A stretch of DNA of 59,233 nucleotides, counting the filler, from Sphacelaria rigidula (Eukaryota), in assembly GCA_964200075.2 (NCBI GenBank). It is 6 parts of 6 records of this genome, joined end to end, with 100 filler letters (N's around TTAATTAATTAA, not from the genome) between each part and the next. Parts side by side here need not be neighbours in the genome. Positions count along the whole stretch, not along the records: positions 9,891 to 19,680 come from CAXNAA020007758.1; positions 19,781 to 29,569 come from CAXNAA020007759.1; 4 more parts are not named here. One strand, given 5' to 3'. Below the pieces are notes generated by a model, which ran no database searches, was not told where the DNA came from, and saw only the letters and a list, made by a program, of their open reading frames with translations. Positions 12,941-24,866 of this stretch are shown in pieces (the stretch's first letter is position 1; each line of letters opens with the position of its first letter). The translations under genes were made by a program, and so were the position numbers.

Positions 12941-13766
12941 TTTACTATTTTGTTTTGTTTCGAAATTTAGTATCCCCCGATAATCTTTTCAGTTTGGCGC
13001 CTGATCTGCACCAACATTAGTGTTTCAATCGGCTTCCACGACTGTTTTCTCTTGGAGCCCCGCACTTTAATTCAGTGTGAAGTATCCTCGCTGGCGCCTT
13101 TTTTATTCTCTTTCTCGGCTGAATTCCACTACTATATACACATCGCCTTCCCTTTGGCGACGTGATCTACACTGGTCTTGGTGTCTACCTTCGCGATCTC
13201 GAGTTGTGTTTTTCTACGCCTCCTGTGTGCGGTGTCCTACTTGCACCACTGAAGTACCCCTGTTATATTTGAGGTGCACAGTGCGCCCATCAGACATCTG
13301 TCCGGACGTCTGCCTCCTTTCACAGTCGCCTCATTGTTAGCTTTTGCTCTCGCACCGCCCCCTTTCTTGCGACAACTATTGGTTTTGTCTGCGAGCAATT
13401 GCTCCTTTGCGATTATCAATACCTGTAGTACACCCTCAGTGCGCCTTCCTGCGGTCCCCACGGTTTCCTCTGCAGGTATCGTATTCCTGCCGCAGTTCCT
13501 CCCTTTTCGGCGTTTAGCTTCAGTTCTTCATCTTCTTGCTCTGCTGTCTACCTTCTCGGTACTTGAAAATTGCCGAGATTACGCTGATTGTTATTATCAC
13601 AGCAGTTTACTGCACTTCGGTGTACCCACATTTATAAATTTTCTAGTCTTTACTGCTCAATTTTTCGGCACTTGGAATTTCCTGCCGAGCTTACACTACC
13701 TGTTACTGTTATACCAGACTATTGTACTCTGGTGTCTAGCGTCCATTTCTACCTCTTCAATTTAAT

Positions 13767-15515
13767 ATGACGCAGGCGAAGAAAACCTTCCTCCACTCGG
13801 CCCCTCCTTCTCACAAATCTGTACGCCGTCAGCGTTTTATTCCATCACTTCCTCCAAAACCATTCACTCTTATTTCTCCTGCACACGAAGAAGTAACATC
13901 CGACAGAGCTGCAGCCCTCCACTCTGGCGACTACACGTCTCGGGACTTGGCTTCTACTGGTGACCACGATCGCCATCTGTCCAAGACTTCCAACATGATC
14001 GCCGAGTCGCTACGCGCTCGCTCTGTTGTGAAACGCGCACCGTCCAAGACTTCCAACATGATCGACGAGTCGCTACGCGCTCGCTCTGTTGTGAAACGCA
14101 CACCGCCTAGGAGTTCCAACATGTCTAACGAGTCGCCACGCGTTCCCACTGTTGTGAAACGCAAACCACTCCAGGCTTCCACCGCGGTTATTGAGTCACT
14201 CCGCGCTCGCGGTGCTGACGAACGGCACCCGTCCATGCCTTCCGACGTTTCCGGCACGCCGCACAACGGTTCCGATGCCTTACAACGCCCGCGACGACAC
14301 GGCATGCATCGTGAGACCACTTCTGTTTACCAGCCCTCGCGCCGAATATCTTCCTCGCGTGTTGGCCACTCTAGAGAGCCTTCCATAGGGCACTTGCCTT
14401 TAGTCACTGCTCCTGAGCACTTGCTCCGTTCATCACCGGCTGTCATTTCTGATGGTCCGGCGACTACTGCCCTCTCACAAGCGCTTGCGGCCCCGTTTCA
14501 CACAGTCGTTCAACATTTGGCGTCTTCAGATCGTGTTCACTTCGATACTAATGCGAACCATCGGGCCTCTGTCTCAGCGTCTGCAGACCCTGATGACGAA
14601 CTTTCGGTCTCCGACATTCCCTCTGAGTTAGATATGAATGGTGACGACATTATTCACTATGGTGATCGTACTACTCATGTTCATGACGTCCGTGCCCTGT
14701 TATCAGGATTATCATCAACCACGGGATCCTCACGACCTAAATCTGTCGATCGGACCCATGAGAGCTCACGACTGCCCGTTGATGCTTCGTTGACTGATAT
14801 TCACGCACCTTTGCGCGACGGACGCAGCACTAACCGTGCCCTTCCACCCCATCCTGATGCTGCCACTGTGCGTGCTGTGGAACGACAAATTGCAGATCTT
14901 CGTCGATACCTGCGATCAGCTTCTACCATGGCCAACATCCCTGCACCTTCGATCACCGCTCCTGTCGCGGCCACTTCAAATACTGCCGCTGCGGATGTCG
15001 ATACGGACGCTGAGAGCATCCGCGTCACACACCCCGCCGCCAGCGCGGCAGCGACTGCGGCTGCCGGCACGGCGGCTATGGGTAACACCCCTGGTACGGC
15101 CACCCATGCGGGATCTGACACTTCCCCGCAGGATGCTGCCGCTACTGGTCCGGCTCCGGCGCCTGCATCCACATCTCCCACGGACGACCGCCCCCTGTTG
15201 GGTGTCGAGCATTACCCGCCGGGCTTCCTACCCCGGCTCAGGTTGCGTGGTCCCCGCTCCGATCGGGAGCAAATCCTCGACGAGAACCGAGAAATGCAAC
15301 CAGCCACGCCCCCTGCGCCACCCTCACCCCGCCAATCGGCGGATGACGCTGCTAATCACCTCCTTCTCGACGACCTCACAGCACGCCTCACGCGCCAACG
15401 TCAGTCGTCGACTCGGCGACCAGCCGCCAGCAGGCGGCTCAAAAGACTTCAAATGAACGTCTCGCAGCGTTTGACAAGGTGCGTGACTCCATTCGGCGCG
15501 ACGGACAACGTCTGA
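13767..15515 (+). pseudogene. Long S/P/A/R-rich N-terminal ORF of the retroelement, frameshifted into 15479..15877
   Basis: 582-aa ORF with four 21-aa repeats (PSKTSNMIxESLRARSVVKR-like) and a coiled-coil-like VRAVERQIADLRRYL; continues in another frame (VRDSIRRDGQRLSQY...). Confidence 0.55.
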
Positions 15516-16413
15516 GCCAATATACTGCGACCACGGCCACCGTCACCACAGCCTTACGCTCCTTGGAACAGGAGCAACATCTTCCTCTTCTGAGGACGAC
15601 GCCGACAGCGCCAGCGCCTGCCCCTGCTTCTGCAATTTCAGGCTCAGCGGAGACCTGCCAGCCCTCGGGTACATACGCTGCTGCTGCCGCTCCTACAGCC
15701 TCGCCTGCGCGCACCCCACCAGCACCACAGCAGGCTCCTCAGGCCTCAACGCCCACTGCCCTCACACCTTGGCTCCGCCTTCAGCAAAGCGAATGTTCTT
15801 GGATTTCCTGGACGCTCCGTCAACTTTCTGGTAAATACTACCGCAACAACGTTCTCCGCGCTTCCGAGCAGGCTTGAAGCTCGCTCACATTGCCCATAAA
15901 CAGTGTGATCGTCCCTTTCCTTTAGTAAGGGGGACAACTACCAAACAACGACCCGGGCGACCTCACCATCAAACGACTCGTACTGCACCTTACGATCGGT
16001 ACCGGAGACAATCGTCCCGCCTACGAAACCACCGTCGCTGCCCTCTTTAACGCTATGCGTGCGGCCCACAACATGCTAACGCCCGACGATGACGACGACT
16101 GGATCACACTCCACCCCTCTCATCACCGCCGTGACGATGACGACTTCGACGACGACCAACCCGGGGCCGAACCACGCCGCGGACAAGGAGCCCACCGTAA
16201 AATATCAACAACGGCCGCCGTACCACCCGGGGCAGTCATAAGCGCTCTGGCAACCAGTCTTCGGGCTCATCTGCATCAAAACACCGCCAATCCACTTCAA
16301 CGCGATCCGCTCGGCCCTCAGCGGCCGTCAGGTAAGTAACGCCCCCGCTACCAGATGCGTCTGATCGCTTTCTAGGTCTTACGGATAGTGATAGTAACAA
16401 TTCGGCTCGCCCA

Positions 16414-17643
16414 GTGTCTTCTACCTCGGCTCGGTCATTAGCTGCCGCCGCCGCAGCCAAACAACAAGCTGCCGCTGATAAAGCCGCCTCTGATACTCGT
16501 AGAGAAGCATCTCGTGTCGCTGCCATCAAGCGTGAGTACTTACAGATAAACGTCAAGAAACTTTGGCATATCAAAACCATGCCTGCTGCAGAAAATGAGG
16601 ATTTTGGTCAGTTAACATCTGCTCTCATTTCCTCAATGCGTCGAACTATGCGCAGTATCCTCGAGTTGCCCGATACAACTGGACAACAACGTTTCGAAGA
16701 TCCTGATTGGATTGATGGATGGCAAACCCCGCCACATAAGGCTTTGCATCGCTCAATAAGCCGCCGCTCCCCTGACGTCGTTGCTTCCTTGACGCAGATT
16801 CTCGACTCCTTCTTCCACGCCATGGATCACGATTGTGCCGGAGGGCAAACAGCGCCGCTACTGTTCGGCAATTTGGAAAGGCGTATCAAAAGTTATTTTG
16901 ATGAGTCCGATCAGGCCGGCGCCATCAAGCGCCTCAGCTCCTTCGCTGTGGCAACGGACGTACCCTTTACTGACTACCTACGCGATTTCAAGCTTTTGGT
17001 AGGTAGTGTGACTCGTACTGGCCGACAAAATGACCCTAGCGATGCTTTGTGTCAGACGTATTTTCGCAATAGTATCGCTCAGCAATTTCCGACGCTGACG
17101 CCGTCTTTGTTTCCGGGCGCTCTGGCGCACGAAGAGGTGCCTTACGCCTCTGTAGACGCGATGTGGACTGCGTTTGTAGATCAAGAACATCATTTAACGC
17201 CTGCCATTCGTGGCACACAGTGTTCATCCGGGTCTTCGAAGACCTTGCGTGCCGCATCCGCGAGTACCTCCGGGTCTCGTGGACGCACTCGGACTTTGTC
17301 CAGTAACACTTGGACACCCAACTCTGTTGATGGATCGGTCATTTCTGTTCATAGCAACAAAGACTCGTTCCGAGCAAGCTTCGACGCTTGGCCTTATTCG
17401 GCAGAAACGTTTGATGGCGTTTATGTCGTTTCCACAATTGCTTTCATCACGGATGACCCACATTTGTGGACCCCCTTGCTTTCGCCTTCGGCTCGCAAGG
17501 ATGCTTTTTGTCGCCATGCTAACACATGCATCAACTGCAATGGTACTGGCCACAGTATGCGTGACTGCCCTGAACCTTGCATCAATACTTTTTCGGTCAT
17601 AAACCCTGAACTTCAGAGCAACGGGCCGGCGTGGCGTCGATGA
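16414..17643 (+). pseudogene. Gag core with zinc knuckle
   Basis: FTDYLRDFKLLV (capsid major-homology-like) and CINCNGTGHSMRDC (Cx2Cx4Hx4C). An in-frame TGA at 17641 is followed by a continuing R/H/S-rich frame. Confidence 0.75.
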
Positions 17644-19040
17644 GAAAAACGCATGGGCGAGTATCGTACGCCATCTCGCCACCATCGCCAGCCTTACAAC
17701 AATCATAGCGACTCTCGCTCACGCGACCGCCGCCACACCTCCAACACCGTCTCAGGGACTCGCCACAGAGATAGTTCTTTCCGCCCTTCTCACTCTTCGC
17801 ATGGTCATCACCAGCGAAAGGGGCCGAGTCATGAAAACTCAAACCCCAATGTCAGAAAGCCTGGTTCTTTGAAGACGGATCGCAACGACCCATGACACGC
17901 CGACGACGGCGTGAAGTCTTCGGCGCCGCCGATAGCAGAATCAAAGACTCATCCAACACATACCGCCGCTCGGGTGACAAAACGTTCTCACCCAAACTCT
18001 TCAACACTATGTAGGAGATCTAATGACGGCCGTTCTTCTCGACCCCCGTCTTTATCTTCACACACACAGCGTAACCGTTGTGTTGACCCACCACCCAGCT
18101 CTATGCTTGGCTCCAGACTTGGTCCTCCGGAACTAAGTATAAATGTGAGGTGTGGGGAAACCGACCGCGGACCCTTGAGGCACAGGCTTCCCTCAACGAC
18201 CGCACGCACAGATTGTAGCAGACTTCCTTCAACTGGTTCTGGTGTTGATGGTTTGAAAGTGACCACTCCAAACCCTTCGACTCTTACCCAGCCTGATCGC
18301 AGTCGTTCTTCGCGCCACCCTTCTGCCGCGAAACTACCCCGGCATACAGCGGACAACAATTGTCCCCTTTCACATTTAGCAGTGCCCTTTGTACCGAGCT
18401 TGCCAGCGGACAGTCCACAAGTTTCGGCGCAGCATCCCCCGATGCTGACAACATCACCTCAACTGGACGCAATTGCAGTTTCCCAAGAAGCCTTGGAAGT
18501 TCCCAGCCATTTGTGACGGCACGAGAGGAAGCCTCGTCGTCATGCCCCCAGGGAAGCGCGAGCATTGACACGTACCCCGCCCGCCAGCGGAAACTTCCGA
18601 CCTCATTCTCCCCAAAAAGCGGCGACTTTGAGCTCGATGACATTGCTAGGCATCCAAGAGGAATCCGAATCGGATCTTTCACACGGTACCGCATCCTCCA
18701 CTGATGACCCCCGTGGCACTTCGCAACAATCTCTCTTCAATGATGACCCTTGTATTTTCAAGCCAGTCATCTACGAGATTGATCAACATCCTGATTCACA
18801 CTGCCCTTCACGATCGGATCACATCCCCGTGCTGTCTACCGATACCTTTGAACCCCCCGTGGATCACTCGACATTCGTCTTCATGGTCAGTCCGACTGAT
18901 CCTGACCAATTAACGCTATTTGAACATGGTTCTGACCTCGTCGGTAAAAGGTGTCCGTTGATCCTGCCACCTTCACTACCCGCGTAGCATTACACTGCGG
19001 TCCTTACGCCACCGCGCGCGCCAAGTGTGTCTCGTTGTGA

Positions 19041-19680
19041 GACAGCGGTAGTCCACAACCATTCATCAAAGAATCCATGTGGAAACATATGAAGCAGACT
19101 AGCGCTGCTTCCGATGTCTGCGAAATCACCTTCCAGCCTCGTGTTTGGGGCGGTTTCGGCGACTCCAACACACCTTTGACGACACGAAAATCTGTTCGTC
19201 TTAGTGTGCAATTTTTCCACAATGATACACGTTCGGCTAGTCTCGCAGTCTGGGCTTACATCGTCCCTAATAGCACCATGCATCATGCTCTCCTCCTTGG
19301 CAGAGATAGCTACATGCGGTTCGACCAACGTACGTACCGCACCCTCCCACCATTATCGTCTCAGTCGGCGCCTCGTGGAGAACTCCAACTAGAACACTTT
19401 GGTACCCTCAGTGGTACCTTAGCCTATAAAAAGAATGAGCAGGCTACCGGAGCAGCTTACCACCTTCGGTACAATGGCAGTTCTGGTGTCACCCGTTCCG
19501 ACGAGCCTCAACTCTTAGAAGTTTTGCTTGTTCGCCGCTACGGTATGCCTGCCCTCACCGGCCACTACCTTGCGGAATTGCTGCCTAAAGTTGGTGCGCC
19601 CGCTGGCACTGAGCATTTTGTCTCGGACGGCGAACAACTCCTGCCTCTCACAGGCCATGCTAATTTGGAACCTGGCGATG
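19041..19680 (+). pseudogene. Retroviral-type aspartic protease and start of pol
   Basis: L*DSGSPQPFI at 19035-19067 (DSG at 19041, preceded by TGA) is in frame with ORF 19077, which has WGGFG flap-like and AYIVP...LLLGRD motifs. Confidence 0.8.
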
Positions 19681-19780
19681 NNNNNNNNNNNNNNNNNNNN
19701 NNNNNNNNNNNNNNNNNNNNNNNNTTAATTAATTAANNNNNNNNNNNNNNNNNNNNNNNNNNNNNNNNNNNNNNNNNNNN
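19681..19780. other. Artificial contig spacer
   Basis: Same 100-bp N/TTAATTAATTAA linker. Confidence 0.98.
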
Positions 19781-20125
19781 GAGGTATTTTTGGCCGAAAC
19801 GTTACCGGAATGTCGTTGACGCGAGTGCCTGTACGTGTTGGAGCGTTGTCGTCATTTTTATCAATTTTTAAGGACGTCATAGCATTTATCCTGTTTCTGC
19901 TGAAACTTCAACTCGCTCAAACTTCCTGTTTTTTTTTCCTTTTCCCTCTGCACCCCCAATAGGGTTGCGCGGTTTGATGATAAAAATGTCGTGTCAAAAT
20001 TTCAGCGCCGAAATCTTCGAATTACCAATCGCATCTCCACTCTTCGTTCAAAAATCACTGTCGGCTGGCCCAAATCGCGGTGTACTTTTTGGGGGGTGTA
20101 CTATTATACGTGATTTTCGTGACAT

Positions 20126-20635
20126 GGACGAAATGGCAACACCCGAGCAAGCAACTGGGACCTCGCTGGAGGACTTCGGTCAGGCCCAGTCAAGACACAA
20201 AGAAAGGGATACATCCAGCTCGAAGCAAGGGCTGGTCAAGCACGCGAAAACTGACCACCGACACTGTCTTCTTCTCGTACATCCCCTACCCCGAGCAGCC
20301 GGAGGGGGCAGCGGGAGCAGCAGGTGGCTTCACAACCATTTACGTTCGTGGCGATTGCCAGTAGCTACCCCTAGATGCAGCGAGAAATCGCCGTTGTAGT
20401 ACTTCCGGCAAAGAAGCCGCGGACCCCGAGTCAAGCATACATGCCAATCGACGAGAAGCGTGCTTTGGCTGCCCACCAAGGCCATTCCGGCCTGTGTGGC
20501 CAGCATATGACAGTAGCAATACGTGATGTGACCTCGGAGAAGGTGCTTTGCTATGGGAAATGTATCTCCAATTCACGTCGCGGTTGCCCCCGCATCATGC
20601 CACGCGTCACCTCCGGCTGTCACGGTGGTGAATGA
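20126..20635 (+). pseudogene. Unassigned decayed coding fragment, possibly a DNA-transposase Zn-finger region
   Basis: Frameshifted ORFs ending ...HQGHSGLCGQH...YGKCISNSRRGCP (CxnGCP as in MULE/WRKY-like fingers); weak. Confidence 0.2.
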
Positions 20636-21354
20636 AGGGCTGCGCTATATGCTACTATTTGATGAATACACGTTCGTGAAATGTTTCGTTGGGACGGTAG
20701 TACCGTAATAAGTCATTTTTGTAACCTGCACGTGCACGTCGTGCGTACTGTCGCGCGGATCATGACGATGTCGGCTAAATCTGCCAATGACCACCCTCGA
20801 ACAGGGTACGTTGGTCGTTGGCACGCTGCAGTTGTCCGAGAGTCAAGCGGCCTTCCGCCTTTCAGATGCCGTAGTGGTGAAATTTTACCCGTCCGACCGC
20901 ACCGCACTAGTTCCATCGGTTCAACAGTAATAGGTGGATAAAACCGAAGGTCGTGGGCTCGGATCTCGCCATGAACGTTTTTAATCGCACAACAGCAAAA
21001 AATCTGGTTCCCGTCGTTGAAAGCGCGAAGACGCGTACCGACGCACTATGTCGAGGCAAGTTAAAAGGGTGTAGAAGTGCTGGTCCAAATCGCAGTACCA
21101 ACACGTATCGCGAGTACCGGGAAAGAGACAGCTTTCGATAGAGTGCCAACTCATCCCGAGGAGAGGAAGCAGTTGCATGTCAGTTTGACATATGTGGATC
21201 ATGACACCCAGGTCATGCTGACGATTACGAAAGCGCGCCCATATACATATTTTCATTTCTTTTAGCGAACACGTGACTAGAAAAGGTCATGTCTAATTGA
21301 CGTATTCCATGTACTTCATACAAGGTACACCGCCGTCCGAAGGCTTGACTCTAC

Positions 21355-21475
21355 CTTGTGCGAGTAGACGGACAAGTCATCGTCGTCGCATCGGTTTCCC
21401 CTGGTATGGCTGTTGTTGCTATCGGCCTCCTCGAGGTCCTCCTTGTGGAAGCAAGCGTAGTCCAGCAACACTTTG
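21355..21475 (-). CDS. CSRNP-N-like protein, exon 4 (later exons not resolved)
   Basis: GCAG acceptor, phase 2; (S)KVLLDYACFHKEDLEEADSNNSHTRGNRCDDDDLSVYSHK; AAG|GTAGAG donor. Confidence 0.7.
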
Positions 21476-21959
21476 CTGCAGCACGCCACGCGAAACATGG
21501 AAAATCGCAAATCGTTTTATCGCGCAAAGAAACAAGAAAACTGTCGAGCTGAGGAACACAGGGAGGGCGAACGGACAACTTGCGCAATGAGATACGACGC
21601 TGCACTTACTGAATAACACAATATTCCATGTTGGTGCCTAGAGACGTAACGTTACTCGACTTATTTTTTTGTCGTTGCCATTGCTTAACTTTTTTTTATT
21701 GCGTTTGCACGACCCGTGAGTCATACCACAGCGTCACTAGCACGATCGGAGTTCGGTGCAACAAGGACAGGAAAAAGCACTCCGCCCGAGTAATACGTGT
21801 TCAAAACAAGCTCCCCAGTTCCCAGAGCATCGTAGACAAGAGAGATGAATCGATTCCAGATAACAACGTGACTCCGACATCATCTGTGAAGAGCAAGCAG
21901 AAAACACTCCATCCAGCCTGTCCGCACACCACCGCACATTGCGGCTTGCTTCACCCTAC

Positions 21960-22093
21960 CTGCGCTCTTTTTCTCCTAGGCGGGAAAACAGAGGATTGCG
22001 CTCCCCAAATGGACGATAGTCGAACTGCCTCGTTTCCCCCGTGCAGAGAGCTCGCTGTTTCTTCGTCAGCTCTACAATACGAGCCTCCAGGAT
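21960..22093 (-). CDS. CSRNP-N-like protein, exon 3
   Basis: GCAG acceptor, phase 0; ILEARIVELTKKQRALCTGETRQFDYRPFGERNPLFSRLGEKER; AG|GTAGGG donor. Confidence 0.8.
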
Positions 22094-22289
22094 CTGCGCA
22101 AATACACAGCGAGTTTCGCGAGTGCGGAATAAATGGAACAGGGCGGAGCAACAGTGTGGGTTCCAGTTTTGGTCAGTATTATTAATAGAGACAACACCGA
22201 ATGCTCAGCGTACTCATCGCTGACAGCCGACATTAGCAGCGCTCCGTTAGGAAGTTGACAATTGACCAGCAAGTCACTCTGTGTGTTGT

Positions 22290-22525
22290 GTGTCGTCGTT
22301 CCATCTATTCTGGGCATCAGTCGACACCTTTCGGTCTATGTGGGCGCACCAGCCGGGGTCACACAGGAGGAAGGTCAACACAGGAGCCGTTTATTCTTCA
22401 TTTGTTTTTAGTACTCCACCTTGCTTTTGCGGTGCTTGCCTTCCTTTTTTAACGCGAGAGGGCTTCAGCAGTCCCTTTCTCTCGTCGACCGTTCGGTCGA
22501 ATTTCGTGTACCCACGACATTGTCG
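22290..22525 (+). repeat. Short interspersed (SINE-like) repeat in intron 2
   Basis: CCATCTATTCTGG...GGTCACACAGGAGGAAGG...TTTAGTACTCCACC shared with 38270..38410. Confidence 0.8.
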
Positions 22526-22784
22526 CTCTCCACTATTATGCATGGCGTGAGAAAAAAAACAGATGGTCGACGTGATATTTTTCAGTTTCTGACGACGACG
22601 ATTTTTGGGATCTTTGCTGTACCCGTAGGGGCGAACGTTTGCAACAGTCCAAACAGCAGTGGGGCATTGGCACACGAGAGTAAAATGAACTGCTTGAGTA
22701 GTCAAGCCATTTTGCACGAAAAAAACTGGGAAAAATCATTATTTCGATATTTTCCTCAACATGAGATGGCTGGCTCAACCTCAC

Positions 22785-24033
22785 CTCGGCTTTGGACGCC
22801 TCGTAACCGTCCACGTCCACCATGGTTTCTCGGAACGGAAGTCCAAGCGCCAGTCCCCATGTCCCATCCGACGGTACAGCGCATCCGCCTACATCCCTGG
22901 TGAACTCCAGCATGCGCACATGGGAGAAGGTCACGTTCAGGGATTTCTTCCCGCGTGTGTCGGGTAAGGTGGCCACCTCGGCGCAAGGAGCTGTTTCCAA
23001 TGCAGAGGTGCACGTCGTTGCCTTCTTCGACTTGCTTTTGGCCTTGGCCTTACTGGCCTTGCTCTTCTTTTTCCTGTTCTTCGCTGTTTTCGAGCTGACG
23101 CCGGACGTCGCCGATGACACCAAGTCTCCCCCCGTGTTGTTCCCCGCATGAAGCCAATCGTCTTCATCCGCATCGTGACTATCTGTGCTCGCCTCCACCT
23201 TCACCAACAAAGCGGGCTGCGTCTGTGCAACCCGTGATTCTTGGGTCGCACGCGATTGGTCACCGTTTTGCAGCTTAGTATCCTGTAGTCTATCGCACGC
23301 AATCCTATGCTCCGTTGAATCGATTTTATTCAATCCGCCACCACAATCCGCGCTGGTCGCCATATCTCCATCGTCGCTATCCGACCCGGACTGGTTTCCA
23401 GTAGAAGATGACCACTCGTTCGAATTCTTCTCACCTTCCACTGGGCTTGGCGGGGCACCCTTGACCCAACGATGCCGCCCCGAGAGCGCACCGCCGCTAG
23501 CACCACCACCAACGTTTTCGTCCGCAACCGCAGCAGCAGCAGTCTCGGAGGTGCGTCTGCTCTCCGAGCCTGGCTGTGGCTGTGCCGTGGTCAATTTCAC
23601 TGGATCATCACTGTTCACGACAGCAGCACAATTAGCGCCAGTATCTTTGCTCACGGCAGGACAAGCGGCACCAGGGCTGGTGATACTACTACTATCTCGC
23701 TTTGCAGTTGAGGCCGACGGTGCCACCCCGCCCCCAAGACCCAGTAAGAACCCCCGGGCGAAGCTACCCGCACGCTTTGCACCACGCGCACGTGTCTGGC
23801 CGTCGGTGGCCAATGTAGGTGACGAAGACGATGGTGATAATGATGACGACGATGACGATGACGGTACGGCCCAATCTTGCTGTTGTGCGGATCGTGGATC
23901 ATGTGGGGGTGGGGTTGGCAGCGGCGTGGCCTGCCCTTGGTTTTGGGAAGGTGGCATAGCGCACACCCCAAGCCTACTGGCCCAGGCACGAACTCGGTCG
24001 TCCCATGAGTACGATGGGACTGAAGGGTCAGTG
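22785..24033 (-). CDS. CSRNP-N-like protein, exon 2
   Basis: CTAAC branch point and ACAG acceptor; low-complexity region, K-rich NLS-like tract, then LNVTFSHVRMLEFTRDVGGCAVPSDGTWGLALG (CSRNP V.F..V....F.R..G...VPS.G...LG pattern); GAG|GTGAGG donor. Confidence 0.85.
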
Positions 24034-24275
24034 CTGTCGATAGACAGCGGCGACAACGGATCGTTTCATCGGGGAGAATGAGATGGCGGGTTAGTAGAAG
24101 CAAACGTGGTTTGGCAAGGACAAGTATTTCGCTACCCGTAAGAGGGGTGGGCAGTCCGCTCGTGTCTCCTTGTCACGATTGTAATCATGCTTCACCTCAA
24201 GGCGAATGGCATGTACGTCATACCTCGTGGGGGGGCTAGGATACTGTTGAGCTGCTCTTGACGCACGGGTCTTAC

Positions 24276-24385
24276 CTTACAGTGAGCCACTTGGTGCGGC
24301 CGTCCTTGCTCTTGATCAGCGCCATCCCGCTGTCTTGATCGCTCCGAACCAGAACACTGCGGGGTATCGTACTTGTATCGGGCAT
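24276..24385 (-). CDS. CSRNP-N-like protein, exon 1
   Basis: ACCATG start; MPDTSTIPRSVLVRSDQDSGMALIKSKDGRTKWLTV; AG|GTAAGA donor, phase 2, matches the next acceptor. Confidence 0.75.
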
Positions 24386-24866
24386 GGTGTAACTCGTCCT
24401 GTCTGTCCTGTCCGTCCCCAGTCGCATATGACACGGTGCGTTTTTTCACCAACAGCGAGAAACCAACACGAAGTTCGAGGCAAAAATCATCGTTAGGGTG
24501 AGCAACATCGAAGACAACGAGTACGACACCGTGCGATATTCTGAAAGTTGGTATTCTTTTTGTTACCCAGATGCCTGGAATGTAATACCAGTATTCGTTT
24601 CATGCGTGCGGGTGACTGCGGACTGTCGGGATAGACGTATCGTGGCGCGATCAGCAGACTGACATGGCCTCCCTTCAGGCAGTGCCGCGATCTGTCAATG
24701 AGAGATGCGCTGAGACTCGGTATGCTTGCTCAACAGAAACGTGTCTCTCTCCACCATTCAGATGCAGACATCCGCACGTTTGTGACAGGCCCGCACACAG
24801 ATAGGCAGGCAGGCTGTCCGTGACTGCCCTTTTTTGTTCGAGTGCCTGGTTTTTGCTTCTTCTTCA

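Larger units (their letters stand above)
13767..19680 (+). mobile_element. 5' coding half of a Ty3/gypsy-like LTR retrotransposon (degenerate, truncated by contig end)
   Basis: Same-strand series: low-complexity ORF, then gag-like ORF with CCHC knuckle, then aspartic protease with DSG and LLGRD motifs. RT was not reached, so the superfamily is inferred from the protease style. Confidence 0.75.

Noticed and set aside
13076..13395. 5' LTR and PBS of the gypsy-like element (…GCGACA then TGGTTTTGTCTGCGAG)
   Set aside because: No second LTR in the contig to confirm it, and alternative boundaries exist near 12260-12490.
20726..20800. LADIVMIRATVRTTCTC as the next CSRNP-like exon (IR.SR...C.C-like)
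   Set aside because: Nearby acceptors are phase 1 while exon 4 ends in phase 0; unresolved without transcripts.
23185..24081. 298-aa + strand ORF
   Set aside because: Antisense shadow of the GC-rich CSRNP-like exon 2.
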